This document shows positions 36,571 through 45,880 of a stretch of DNA of 64,000 nt, piece by piece. The stretch lies in NCBI GenBank assembly GCA_024506175.1, contig JAMBEQ010000021.1, positions 8,538-72,537 of the forward strand. The letters are read 5' to 3'. The DNA comes from Methylocystis sp. Lineage in GTDB: Bacteria > Pseudomonadota > Alphaproteobacteria > Rhizobiales > Beijerinckiaceae. Each line of letters begins with the position of its first letter. The stretch's first letter is position 1. Both the position numbers and the translations under genes were made by a program. The notes beneath the pieces are model-generated. The model did not search any database. It was not told where the DNA came from and saw only the letters and a program-made list of their open reading frames with translations.

Positions 36571-36880
36571 AGATCGAGGCCGTCGCGCCCAAGCTCCTGC
36601 ATCAGGGGCGAGTGATCTCGGTAGGCTCCAGCCGAAAAGGGCGATGCATTAATAACCGCACCCGTTTCAAAGAGAATGTCGGCTTCGATCGCCGCGAGGC
36701 GCCCGCTTTCTTTCCAGAAACTGTCTCGATCTTTCAGGAAGACAGCGATGTCGTCGTCTGAGTCGGGCCGGGCCTCGCCGCGGGCGCGGAAGCCGAACAG
36801 CACAACGCGTTCGATTCGCTTCCCGTACACCTCATCGAGCGCCGCGCGAAACCGACCGAGATAGGATCGAAGGCTTTCAT
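36567..36880 (-). pseudogene. Minimal nucleotidyltransferase (MNT) antitoxin, frameshifted
   Basis: ATG 36880 MKAFDPI is out of frame with LGRFRAALDEVYGKRIERVVLFG (one base missing near 36860); GSRARG motif reads GFRARG. Confidence 0.75.
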
Positions 36881-36949
36881 GAAAACTAATATGCTACAGG
36901 CCGCGGATTCTGGAATCGCCCGCCTTGGCCCCGGCGTCTCGCTTCCGGC

Positions 36950-37780
36950 TTACTCTGCCGGCGCCGGCGTCGGCGCTCTCGCGCTCATTGCGGTGAGCTT
37001 TGTCGCCGCCAGAATCGCGACGAGCGTCGCCCCATAGACGACCACTTGCATCTGCGACGGCTGATCCGCGTATCCGATCAGCGTATGCAGCACGCGGCCG
37101 GGGATGCTCTTGTCCGAGAGGATCCAGGACGTGTCCCACAGCGTATCGGACAAAGCCGTGATCGTTCCCGCCTGCTGCAGAAAGGCGACCGCCTGGGCGG
37201 CGAGGCCGGCGGCGAGCAGAGTGATCAACGCCGTCGTTACGGCGAAAAGTCTCTTGGGCGGGATCGACACGAGGCCAAAGAAGGTCGCGAGGCTCGTGAG
37301 CGCGCCTAAGGCAAGGCCGGCGACGCCGCCGATCAACACGCTCGCGCCCGACTCGCCGGAGGCCAACACGCCGTAAAGAAAGAGCGCGACCTCCGATCCC
37401 TCGCGCAGCACGGCGAGGCCGACGACCGTTGCGAGCGCGAAGAGCGTGCGGTCGCCACTCGCCACCGCCTTGCCGACCGCGGAGAGTTCTTGCGCCATTT
37501 CGCGCCCGTGCTTCGCCATCCAGATGTTGTGCCAGGCGAGCATGACGACGGCGATCATCAGCACGCCGGCGTTGAAGAGCTCCTGTCCGCTGCCCGCGAC
37601 GGCCCGCGACAATTGCTCGGCGAAAGCGGCGACGGTCAGCGCGCCGAGCACGCCGGCGCCAACGCCGCCGGCGATGAAGCTGCGCGAGCCCGCGACGCCG
37701 CGCGTCACCGCCGCGACGATGCCGATGATAAGGCCGGCTTCAATGGCCTCGCGAAAGACGATGATCAGGGCGCCGAGCAT
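36950..37780 (-). CDS. FTR1-family iron permease (FtrC/EfeU-like)
   Basis: Two RExxE motifs (FREAIE, LREGSE); multiple TM helices. Confidence 0.95.
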   Translation of the reverse strand: MLGALIIVFREAIEAGLIIGIVAAVTRGVAGSRSFIAGGVGAGVLGALTVAAFAEQLSRAVAGSGQELFNAGVLMIAVVMLAWHNIWMAKHGREMAQELSAVGKAVASGDRTLFALATVVGLAVLREGSEVALFLYGVLASGESGASVLIGGVAGLALGALTSLATFFGLVSIPPKRLFAVTTALITLLAAGLAAQAVAFLQQAGTITALSDTLWDTSWILSDKSIPGRVLHTLIGYADQPSQMQVVVYGATLVAILAATKLTAMSARAPTPAPAE

Positions 37781-38103
37781 TATTCGACAACCACCTCGCC
37801 CTTGGCGGTGTCCTCGTGGAATTCGCCGAAGAACTTATAGCGTCCGGGTTTCAGCGGGCGTAGCTGGAAGGTCGCCTCGCTATTGGGGGGGACGATTTTC
37901 TCGATGCGCAGCGGCTTCGACTCGAATTCCTCAGGAGTCGCGTCGAGGTTCTTGACGACGAGCGTCGCCGCCTTGTCGGCGGCGATCTTCAGCTCGGCGG
38001 GGTCGAACTTGTGGTCCTTGATTGTGAGCGCATAGGTCTCGGCAGAGACCGCCCCCGTGAAGCCTATGACCAAAATCAACACCGCCGCCGCTAGCCTGTT
38101 CAT
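37780..38103 (-). CDS. Periplasmic cupredoxin (FtrB/EfeO-N-like)
   Basis: Signal peptide; KDHKFDPAEL, EEFES..LRIEK, PGRY.FFGEFH. Confidence 0.9.
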   Translation of the reverse strand: MNRLAAAVLILVIGFTGAVSAETYALTIKDHKFDPAELKIAADKAATLVVKNLDATPEEFESKPLRIEKIVPPNSEATFQLRPLKPGRYKFFGEFHEDTAKGEVVVE

Positions 38104-38174
38104 GTTCGTCGCTTCCTGGCCGAATACTTGACACAAGCAACGTAGAGACCAGCAGCGCGGCCGTCAAAGGGCTT

Positions 38175-38195
38175 AGTCTGGATTGTTTCCAGACT
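38175..38195. promoter_or_regulatory. Irr/ICE-like iron-control palindrome
   Basis: AGTCTGGA-ttgtt-TCCAGACT; core matches TTTRGAAYNRTTCYAAA at 13/17 by hand; upstream of iron-uptake genes. Confidence 0.55.
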
Positions 38196-38354
38196 GTTTG
38201 ATTGACGCTTTTCTTACGCGCTACTGTCCGTTTTCTCACGCTCGGCGCGCTTTCCGCTCGCGTAGCATCATGCGAGGGACCAAAAATCGCGCCAGTTCGA
38301 ATATCGGGATCGCATTCTTTTTCGCAAGAGTCCGCCAACTCTTGCGGCATGCGC

Positions 38355-38699
38355 TCAGCCGCCGGGATAGCCGTGGCGGGCCTTGGAGGCGCGCACGAGC
38401 GAAACCGCCTTGGCGTCCTGGCCCGCAGAGCAGGCGGCCGCGGCCTCCGAAATCTCGCCCTGGATCTGGTTGTAGACGCCCTGATTGACGTGGCCCATGG
38501 CCAGATCGTTCTCCATCACCGCCTTGTAACGCGACACCGCGCCCGAGCACCCGGCCCCTTCCGGCATGAGGGCCGACGGTGTGACGTTCTGCCGCGCCGG
38601 GCTCGGCGGGTCGATGACGGGCTGTGGTTGCCGGGCGGCGTTGCAGCCGGCGAGGGCGGCCGCCGACAGACCAGCAGCGAGGAAAGCCGAAAGGCGCAT
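38355..38699 (-). CDS. Lipoprotein, hypothetical
   Basis: Lipobox LAGC; C..A..RY..V..ND..MGHV...VY..I..EI..A..AC.AG. Confidence 0.85.
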   Translation of the reverse strand: MRLSAFLAAGLSAAALAGCNAARQPQPVIDPPSPARQNVTPSALMPEGAGCSGAVSRYKAVMENDLAMGHVNQGVYNQIQGEISEAAAACSAGQDAKAVSLVRASKARHGYPGG

Positions 38700-38741
38700 A
38701 AATGTCCTCCGAATTGGATGAGGGGCTTGCGCGTCCAGTGT

Positions 38742-41486
38742 TTAAGGTCTCGACCCCAGGCCAGGCAACGGCGCCCCGCCACTCTCCGCCGCCAGCACCT
38801 GCGGCGGCGGGAAGATGACCTCGATCAGCGTGCCTTCGCCCTTGCGGCTCTTGATTGTGAAGGAGGCGTGGTTCGCCTCGATCAACGCCTTTGTCAACGG
38901 CAGGCCGAGGCCCGTGCCAGGGCGCTTCTGCAAGGTCGGAATGCGTTTGAAGGGCTCGAGCGCGATCCGGACCTCTTCGTCAGACATGCCGATGCCCGTG
39001 TCCTTTACGCGGATCACGACATAGCCCGCGTCGGTGAGGGCCGTGGAGACGATCACCTGGCCGCCGGCGTCGTTGTACTTCATCGCATTCGAGAGAAGGT
39101 TGAGGAGGATTTGCTTCAGCGAGCGCCTGTCGGACCGGATCATCGGCAGGCTCGGCGAGAGCGACAGGCGCATCACCACGCGCGCCTGATTAGCCTGCGT
39201 CTGCATGATCGACGCGCATTCCGATATCACGGCGTTGGCGTCCACACGGTCGAAATCGAGCTCCATCTTGCCGGCTTCGATCTTCGAGAGATCGAGGAGA
39301 TCGTTCACGAGCGAGAGCACATGCGCGCCCGAGGCGTGCACGTCCCTGAGATATTCCTTGTAGCGCGTGGAGCCAATGGGTCCGAAGCGCTCCTCAATCA
39401 TCACTTCGGCGAAGCCGATGATGGCGTTGAGCGGCGTGCGGATCTCATGGCTGATGCGCGCCAGAAAGTCGGACTTCGCCGCGCTAGCCTGTTCGGCAAC
39501 GTCGCGGGCGGCTTCGAGCTCGACATCGCGAACTTTGGCGTCGGGCTCCCGCAATATGACGCAAAGCTTGCGGGCCGGGCCCAGACGGCGGCATCTCGCC
39601 TCGAAAGACTTGCCCCCGACCCGCGACGTCAGGCGCAGCGTCTCGCCGGCTTCGCTCGCGCGGGCCAGCCTCGCTGGGAGCGCTTTCGCCTCGTCGGCAG
39701 AAAAAAGCGCGGCCGCCGGCAGGCCGCCGAAGGAGCCGGGTTCGGCCTCGAACAGGGTCGTGAAGGCGCTCGTGGCGACCTCTATTCTCGCATCTTCGGC
39801 AAGAACGGCGACGGCGACGCCATTCGTTTCCAGAATGTCTCGTAGCAGACTGTTATCCGCTTGGAGGCGGGCGAGCTTCTCCTCCCTTTCCCGGGCGACC
39901 CCCGACGCGCGCTCATCAGGGCCGGGCAGAGGGTTGCGATGGCGGCGCAGGGTGACAAGCGTCGCCGGCCCGCTCTCCCAATCGATCGATTGCAGGTGGA
40001 CATCGACATCGAGCGTTTCGCCGTGGCTCGATTGAACCGAGGCGGCGCGGGCGCCAGCGCCGACGGGAGGGCGACCGAAAAACATGCGCGCAAGCCCGCC
40101 GTCGGCCTCGAATGCGTCGACGTCATCGTAGCCGAGATAATCGAGCAGCGTGCGATTGGCCAAGAGAGTCTGCGCCCCGCGCGCGACCAATATGCCAACC
40201 GGCAGGCAGTCGAGAATGCCGACCATCGCTGTCGGGAGCGGCGCCTGCAGCGCAGGTTCCGCTATCGAGGCCTCAGGCGCCGCCTGCATAAGGCGCCCGA
40301 GCGCCGCAGCGATATCGTCAACGTTGCAGTCGGCCGGCCGGCCATCAGCGAGCTCCTCGGGGAGATCTCCGGCGTTGGCCAAAGGAAGGTCGCCAGCGCG
40401 GAGGGCGCGAGCGATCTCTTCGAAATTCATGCGTTCGGCGGATGTCAGTGCGTCGTTCGCCGGCGCCGGCGCCGCGCGGCATTCGCGTTCCTGCCGATTG
40501 GCGGGTGGCCGCAAGGGCACAACATTGCTCGCTCGAAAGTTTGTTTGGACCGGCCGCGCGGCCCGCGGCTCGGTCGCCTCGGCGGACCCTCCCGCCTTTT
40601 TGGCCCGGTCAGCCTCCTTCGTCCCTCGATCAGCCAGGAAGGCGCGGGAAAGATGGAGGACGCCAAAGCCTTGGAAGCCAGAAAAGCGGCGATCCGAGTC
40701 CATGATCGGCAAGGCCCCGAGCGTTGTGGGCGCGCGGGCGAATTGCGCGGGGAGGGGCCAATCGACTTCGATTCCACTAAAGCTTTTCAGAGACGCGATC
40801 GCCTCCGCAAGGGCGTGACCGAAGGAGAACGACTCGGCGACTTCTTCGACTGTGCGGCCGACAATGTCGGCGCTTGCGACGCCCACGACATCAGCAAGGG
40901 TCTGCGTTACGTCGGTAAACCGGCCGGCGGCGTCTGTCTTCCAAAGGAAGCGCGGAGACCGGGCGCCGTGGCGCGCCAGGAGGTTTTCTCGCAGCGCTGC
41001 GTCGTTCAAGGCCGCTGCGCTCGAACCGGCGGACGCGTTGGGCGCCGCGCGCGGCGCCATCTCCGGCGTCGGAAGGAGCGCATCCGGCCCTTTGGGTCGC
41101 AAGCCGAGCGCCGCAATGACGAAACAGGGGCGCGCTTCGTCGTCCGCCAGCCTGCGGCACAGGACGGTTACGGTCTGCGGCGCGTCGGCAAAATCGAGGC
41201 TCAAGCGTTCGAGCCGGAGAGCTGCGCCACGCCGGAGCGATTCCACGAGCTCCACCAGCCGCTTCGCGCCTGACTGCTCACTACTGAAAAGCCGCTTGGC
41301 GAGCGCATTCTCGTCGCAGCCGAAAACTGATCGAGCCGCGTGATTCGAATAGATGACTTCGAGAGGGTCGCCGCTCGCCGCGACGATCGGAACGCCGGAA
41401 GCGTCAAGCGCGCAAAATGCGGGGTCTGCCGCGATGCGGGTTGCGGCGAGACTGCCTTTATCGATCTCTGCCTGCGTACCGCTCAT
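38742..41486 (-). CDS. Cytoplasmic PAS histidine kinase, PdhS/DivJ/PleC family
   Basis: ISHEIRTPLNAIIGFAEVM H-box, QILLNLLSNAMKY, DTGIGM, GTGLGLPLTK; PAS-like segments. Confidence 0.92.
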   Translation of the reverse strand: MSGTQAEIDKGSLAATRIAADPAFCALDASGVPIVAASGDPLEVIYSNHAARSVFGCDENALAKRLFSSEQSGAKRLVELVESLRRGAALRLERLSLDFADAPQTVTVLCRRLADDEARPCFVIAALGLRPKGPDALLPTPEMAPRAAPNASAGSSAAALNDAALRENLLARHGARSPRFLWKTDAAGRFTDVTQTLADVVGVASADIVGRTVEEVAESFSFGHALAEAIASLKSFSGIEVDWPLPAQFARAPTTLGALPIMDSDRRFSGFQGFGVLHLSRAFLADRGTKEADRAKKAGGSAEATEPRAARPVQTNFRASNVVPLRPPANRQERECRAAPAPANDALTSAERMNFEEIARALRAGDLPLANAGDLPEELADGRPADCNVDDIAAALGRLMQAAPEASIAEPALQAPLPTAMVGILDCLPVGILVARGAQTLLANRTLLDYLGYDDVDAFEADGGLARMFFGRPPVGAGARAASVQSSHGETLDVDVHLQSIDWESGPATLVTLRRHRNPLPGPDERASGVAREREEKLARLQADNSLLRDILETNGVAVAVLAEDARIEVATSAFTTLFEAEPGSFGGLPAAALFSADEAKALPARLARASEAGETLRLTSRVGGKSFEARCRRLGPARKLCVILREPDAKVRDVELEAARDVAEQASAAKSDFLARISHEIRTPLNAIIGFAEVMIEERFGPIGSTRYKEYLRDVHASGAHVLSLVNDLLDLSKIEAGKMELDFDRVDANAVISECASIMQTQANQARVVMRLSLSPSLPMIRSDRRSLKQILLNLLSNAMKYNDAGGQVIVSTALTDAGYVVIRVKDTGIGMSDEEVRIALEPFKRIPTLQKRPGTGLGLPLTKALIEANHASFTIKSRKGEGTLIEVIFPPPQVLAAESGGAPLPGLGSRP

Positions 41487-41573
41487 GACTTTTGCCGCCC
41501 TTGCGACAGAAACGCTGCCGACGCCTACGCGGCCCCGATCGCGCGGGCCCGCAGCTGCGCCCAGGTCCTGGCG

Positions 41574-41588
41574 TTAACGCAAACTTAA
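41574..41588. promoter_or_regulatory. CtrA binding site
   Basis: Perfect TTAA-CGCAAAC-TTAA about 90 nt upstream of the kinase start. Confidence 0.75.
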
Positions 41589-41656
41589 TCGCTGGGAAAC
41601 GGCCGGTCTATTGGCTTTCATAATTTTTCCTCGATTTTCGCGCATTCCATATGTGA

Positions 41657-41687
41657 TGCGGCGCACAATTTTGTTTGCAACGCAGCA
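41657..41687 (+). promoter_or_regulatory. Two PhaR-type boxes upstream of phasin
   Basis: TGCGGCGCACAA (41657-41668) and TGCAACGCAGCA (41676-41687), both fit the recalled rhizobial PhaR motif TGCRNYGCASMA. Confidence 0.7.
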
Positions 41688-41790
41688 TAGATTTCGGCAG
41701 AGTCCTGATGGCTGCGGGCTGTATCATTGTGGCGTGTGCGGCCCGCTGCCTAGGTTAAATCCGGGGCGGCGTTCGAGAGAGGAGACGTCG

Positions 41791-42150
41791 ATGGTTGAAC
41801 CGATTTATCAGGTGCCGAACGAAGTGCGTGACTTTGCGGAGAAGAGCGTCGAGCAGGCGCGCAAGGCCTTTGAAGGCTTCGCCGGCGCCGCGCACAAGGC
41901 CCTGACCTCTACAACCGATCTGCCGATTGTGCCGCCAGGCGCCAAGGATGTCGGCGTCAAGGCCCTGTCTTACGCCGAGGCGAACATCAACGCCGCTTTC
42001 GAGCTCGCCCAGAAGCTCGTGAAGGCCAAGGATCCGCAGGAAGTTTTCCAGCTCCAGGCGGATTACGTGAAATCGCAGCTCGCGACGATCCAGGAGCAGA
42101 CGAAGGAACTCGGCGCCGCGATTCAGCGATCTACGACACTCAAGTCCTGA
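41791..42150 (+). CDS. phaP: Phasin (PHB granule protein)
   Basis: VP.EVRDFAEKSVEQARKAF, AE.N..AAFE.AQKLVKAKDPQEV.QLQ; RBS GGAG. Confidence 0.93.
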   Translation: MVEPIYQVPNEVRDFAEKSVEQARKAFEGFAGAAHKALTSTTDLPIVPPGAKDVGVKALSYAEANINAAFELAQKLVKAKDPQEVFQLQADYVKSQLATIQEQTKELGAAIQRSTTLKS

Positions 42151-42183
42151 TTTAATCCCTTTAACACCTTGAAGGAGCGCGCT

Positions 42184-42738
42184 ATGGCGACGCAAGGCAA
42201 AGCTAATAAGCAAAGCAAGTCCATCGACGCTGGGCAGGAAGTCCCTGTCGAGACGCCGGCGGAAGCAACGCGCGCCGACGCTCCTGCCGGCGAAGCCGCG
42301 GCAATGGAGCCGCCCGCCCCGGTCGTCGCGGAACCCCCGCGGGCCGAGGCGGCGGTCGCCGCGGAATTGCCAGTCGAGGGCATCACGCCCGCCGCCGAGC
42401 CGGAGACGAGCCGTATTGTTGCGTCGCCGGTCATGATCATCGAACAAGCGGCAGACTTCACGACAGAGAGCCTCTCCGCCTCTTTTGAATTCGACGCCGC
42501 GCTCTGGTCCAGAAAATCTGTCGAGTTCTGGGCCGGGAATGCAGCCGCTTTCCTCGATTTCGCCGAGCGCATCGCTGCGGCGAGAAGCTTCGAGGAAGTC
42601 GTCGACCTTCAGTCCCGGTTCGCCAGCGCGCGCTTCGAAGCCTTTGTACGCCAGTCGCAGGAGCTGATGGAGTTCGCGAAAGGCATGGCGGTCTTGTCCG
42701 CCGCGCCGCTTTGCGCTTCCCATAAACGAGCTGCCTGA
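42184..42738 (+). CDS. Phasin-family protein with Pro/Ala/Glu-rich N-terminus
   Basis: N..AFLDFAE.IAAARS.EEVV.LQS.FA..RFEAF.RQ..EL phasin_2 pattern. Confidence 0.8.
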   Translation: MATQGKANKQSKSIDAGQEVPVETPAEATRADAPAGEAAAMEPPAPVVAEPPRAEAAVAAELPVEGITPAAEPETSRIVASPVMIIEQAADFTTESLSASFEFDAALWSRKSVEFWAGNAAAFLDFAERIAAARSFEEVVDLQSRFASARFEAFVRQSQELMEFAKGMAVLSAAPLCASHKRAA

Positions 42739-42799
42739 GGCGCTCTTATTTTGAAATCAACGGGCGCCGGCGGCTGCATGTCGCGGGCGCTTTTTTCTT

Positions 42800-43642
42800 T
42801 TAAAGCGTCGCGGCGATCAGCGAGCGCAGCGCCGGGGTGGCTTCCGGCATGGTTCCCGTCCAATCGCGAAATGCCGGGCGCGCCTGGTGCAGCAGCATGC
42901 CGAGCCCGTCTACGGGGGTCGCGCCCATGCGCCGCGCCGCGGCGAGGAGCGGCGTCTCCAGCGGCGCATAGACGATGTCGGCTACCAGGGCGGAGTTTGG
43001 TAGTGCCGCGAGCGACAGCTCGAGCGGCTCCTGGCCGATCATGCCCTGGCTTGTCGTGTTGACGAGAAGCCCGGCGCCCGCGAGCGCTTCATGGCGCTCC
43101 TCCCAGGGATAGGCCGCAACGGGCGCGCCGAAGTCGGCCGCGAGCCGATCAGCGCGTTCGCGCGTGCGGTTGAAGAGGCGGATTTCCGCCGCGCCCGCGT
43201 CAATCAGACCCGAGACGATTGCTCGCGCGCCGCCGCCCGCGCCAATGACGACGCAGGGCCCGTCCGCCGCCTTCCACTGGGGAGCGGCCTCGTGGAGAGA
43301 GGCGACAAAGCCATAGCCGTCATAATTCCGGCCGGTGAGCGAGCCATCCTCGTTGACGACGACGCAATTGACCGCGCCGATGCGCGCGACGCTCGGGTCG
43401 ATGTGGTCGAGGACGGCGAGCGCCGACTCCTTGTGCGGAATGGTTAGATTGCAGCCGGCGAATCCCAGCGCCGGGAGAGCCCGCAGGGCCGTCTCCAGTT
43501 TGTCCGGCGCCACCTGCAACGGGACATAGGCCCCCTCGATTCCGTATTGGGCGAACCAGTGATTATGAATCTTCGGGCTGCGCGAATGGCCGATCGGCCA
43601 GCCCATGACCCCGGCGAGGACGAAGCGGTGGTGACGGAGCAT
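42800..43642 (-). CDS. aroE: Shikimate dehydrogenase
   Basis: GWPIGHSRSP.IH, GCNLTIPHKE, GAGGGAR, NTTSQGM, DGLGMLLHQA. Confidence 0.96.
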   Translation of the reverse strand: MLRHHRFVLAGVMGWPIGHSRSPKIHNHWFAQYGIEGAYVPLQVAPDKLETALRALPALGFAGCNLTIPHKESALAVLDHIDPSVARIGAVNCVVVNEDGSLTGRNYDGYGFVASLHEAAPQWKAADGPCVVIGAGGGARAIVSGLIDAGAAEIRLFNRTRERADRLAADFGAPVAAYPWEERHEALAGAGLLVNTTSQGMIGQEPLELSLAALPNSALVADIVYAPLETPLLAAARRMGATPVDGLGMLLHQARPAFRDWTGTMPEATPALRSLIAATL

Positions 43643-43823
43643 CTTTTCTCCCGAGCGCCCGAAAAGTTGGCGAGACGACGTAGCAGATCCCAGTGGAAAT
43701 CCAGTTAAGGCGGAAACTTTGCCCATAGGGGGCGCGCGGCCGACCAATGCGCTTTCCGAGCCCTTGGATTTGTGCAAACCATCGCTTAACGCGCCGGCGC
43801 GTGAGCCCGTGCAAGGTAGGCCA

Positions 43824-44225
43824 ATGCATTTTGTGAGAAATAAGAGGCTCGACGCTCTTCTGGAAGGCGCCGAACAATCCATCGCCGACCATTGGGAGCG
43901 CTGCCGCGATGTCGGGGTGGCTGGCGCCAGCCGAGAGGCGACCGACGGGATCGACGCGCGCATCCGCGCCTATTTCCAGGCCATGAAGGCGCTCCCAGAC
44001 CCGGCTCCGGAGGGCAAGGTCATCGAGACGCTTGCGCGCCTTTATGACGATCTCGAAAAGATAGACCGGGAGACCGGCGGCGCCCTTCTCGAGGAGGCCG
44101 AACGCGATCTGCTCGAGCCGCTTTTTCTCAACGCTGCGGAAATCGCCGGGCTCGATCCGCATAAATTCCCTCACCGCGAGCCGGCGGGGCGCAAACTCGA
44201 TTTCAGCGCGGCGCGAGGGCGCTGA
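43824..44225 (+). CDS. Hypothetical acidic helical protein
   Basis: 133-aa ORF with typical codon bias; overlaps the bioB 3' end by 23 nt. Confidence 0.7.
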   Translation: MHFVRNKRLDALLEGAEQSIADHWERCRDVGVAGASREATDGIDARIRAYFQAMKALPDPAPEGKVIETLARLYDDLEKIDRETGGALLEEAERDLLEPLFLNAAEIAGLDPHKFPHREPAGRKLDFSAARGR

Positions 44226-45174
44226 ACAGCGCGTCGTCCTCGTTTACGCCAGTGTTCCCTGTGGTCAGCAGCTTCTCGCCGTAGAAGATCGAATTGGCGC
44301 CCGCCACAAGGCAGAGGGTTTGCGCCTCGCGGGTGAGGGAGGATCGCCCGGCCGACAGGCGCACCCGCGCGCGCGGCATGACGATGCGTGTCGTCGCGAT
44401 CATGCGCACGAGGTCGAGCGGATCGACCTTTTCGCGTTCGGCGAGCGGCGTCCCCTCGACGGCGACGAGCGTATTGATCGGCACGCTTTCGGGATGTGGA
44501 TCGAAGCCGGCGAGCACCTGCAGCATTCCGGCGCGGTCACGCTCGCTCTCGCCCATTCCGATGATGCCGCCGCAGCACATCTCCAGGCCTGCGCCGCGCA
44601 CAGCCTTTAACGTATCTAGGCGGTCTTGATACGTGCGGGTGGTGATGATGTCGCCGTAGAACTCCGGCCCGGTGTCGAGATTATGGTTATAGGCCGTGAG
44701 ACCCGCCTCGACGAGGCGCTCCGCCTGGCTCGCGTCGATCATGCCCAGCGTGACGCAGGCCTCCATGCCGAGCGCGCGCACGCCGCGCACCATCTCGACG
44801 ACCGCGTCGAAGCGCTTGTCCTTGGGCGCCGAGCGCCAGGCGGCGCCCATGCAGAAACGGTCTGCGCCTGCCTCTTTCGCAGATTTCGCCGCGCCGAGCA
44901 CCTCTTCGGTCGACAGTAGATCGACGCGATCGAGCTTTACCTCCCGGTGATGGGCGGATTGCGGGCAGTAGGAGCAATCCTCTGGGCAGCCACCGGTCTT
45001 GATCGACAGCAGCGCCGCCTTTTGCACGTCGTTGACGTCGTGGTAGCGCCGATGAACGGCGTTGGCCTGGGCGATAAGGTCGAGCAGCGGCAGGTTATGT
45101 ATCGAAACGATCTCGTCGACGGTCCAGTCGTGGCGGATGTTGAAATCTGCAGAAAAATCCCCCACGGCGTTCAC
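44203..45174 (-). CDS. bioB: Biotin synthase
   Basis: [17 protein letters not shown] radical SAM motif, [38 protein letters not shown]. Confidence 0.98.
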   Translation of the reverse strand: MNAVGDFSADFNIRHDWTVDEIVSIHNLPLLDLIAQANAVHRRYHDVNDVQKAALLSIKTGGCPEDCSYCPQSAHHREVKLDRVDLLSTEEVLGAAKSAKEAGADRFCMGAAWRSAPKDKRFDAVVEMVRGVRALGMEACVTLGMIDASQAERLVEAGLTAYNHNLDTGPEFYGDIITTRTYQDRLDTLKAVRGAGLEMCCGGIIGMGESERDRAGMLQVLAGFDPHPESVPINTLVAVEGTPLAEREKVDPLDLVRMIATTRIVMPRARVRLSAGRSSLTREAQTLCLVAGANSIFYGEKLLTTGNTGVNEDDALFSALAPR

Positions 45175-45662
45175 TTGGCGGCTCCCTTGCGGTTTTGCGA
45201 ACGGGCGGCGAGCGTGCGCTCGGTCTGGTCGGCGCCGGGCTCCTTGGCGAATTTGTCCTTGAGGGTCATGAACGTCACATAGAGCGCAGCGACCACGTCA
45301 AATCCCATGTTCGCCACGACAAAAGGGGCCGGCGCAAAGTCTCGACCCGCGCCGAGATAATGCTCATAGAGCGTCCATCCCGCATGCAGCGCGAAGCCTG
45401 CGGCCACGAACCAGGGCGAGCCGACAATCGACATGCCGGCGAGCGTGCCGAAGAATGCAACGGCGGTCATCTCGAAGCCGATCCATGTTCCGGAATGCTC
45501 CGCGCCGAACGCGAGGCCGACGTAAAGGAAGGAGACAGCGATGAGCGCATAAGCGGCGAGCAGCGCCGGCCGCGTCTTCGACCAGCGGGCGAGAACGATG
45601 AGGCCGATGGCGAAAAGAACCCCGAGCCCCGCGAAGAGGGAGATTTCCACAGTGTCGAGCAT
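45171..45662 (-). CDS. Integral membrane hypothetical protein
   Basis: Five hydrophobic segments, H..W and FD motifs; overlaps the bioB start. Confidence 0.8.
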   Translation of the reverse strand: MLDTVEISLFAGLGVLFAIGLIVLARWSKTRPALLAAYALIAVSFLYVGLAFGAEHSGTWIGFEMTAVAFFGTLAGMSIVGSPWFVAAGFALHAGWTLYEHYLGAGRDFAPAPFVVANMGFDVVAALYVTFMTLKDKFAKEPGADQTERTLAARSQNRKGAAK

Positions 45663-45880
45663 GGCGTGACCGATGGGCCCGGCAAAGAGCGGGCGATTGA
45701 CGATTTTCTGGCCGCCCGAGGTCTATAAGGGCGGCAGGCCGCTCGAACAAGGGGCGCTTCGAGCCTCAGCGCCCCCCGGGGCGGACGAAGCCGTCTTTTT
45801 AACCCCTTCGAAAACTGGCTTCGAGCCTGCTATAGCGTGTTTGATCCCCCGGGCGGGGCGTTTCTTTTCAAAGGTTGATC

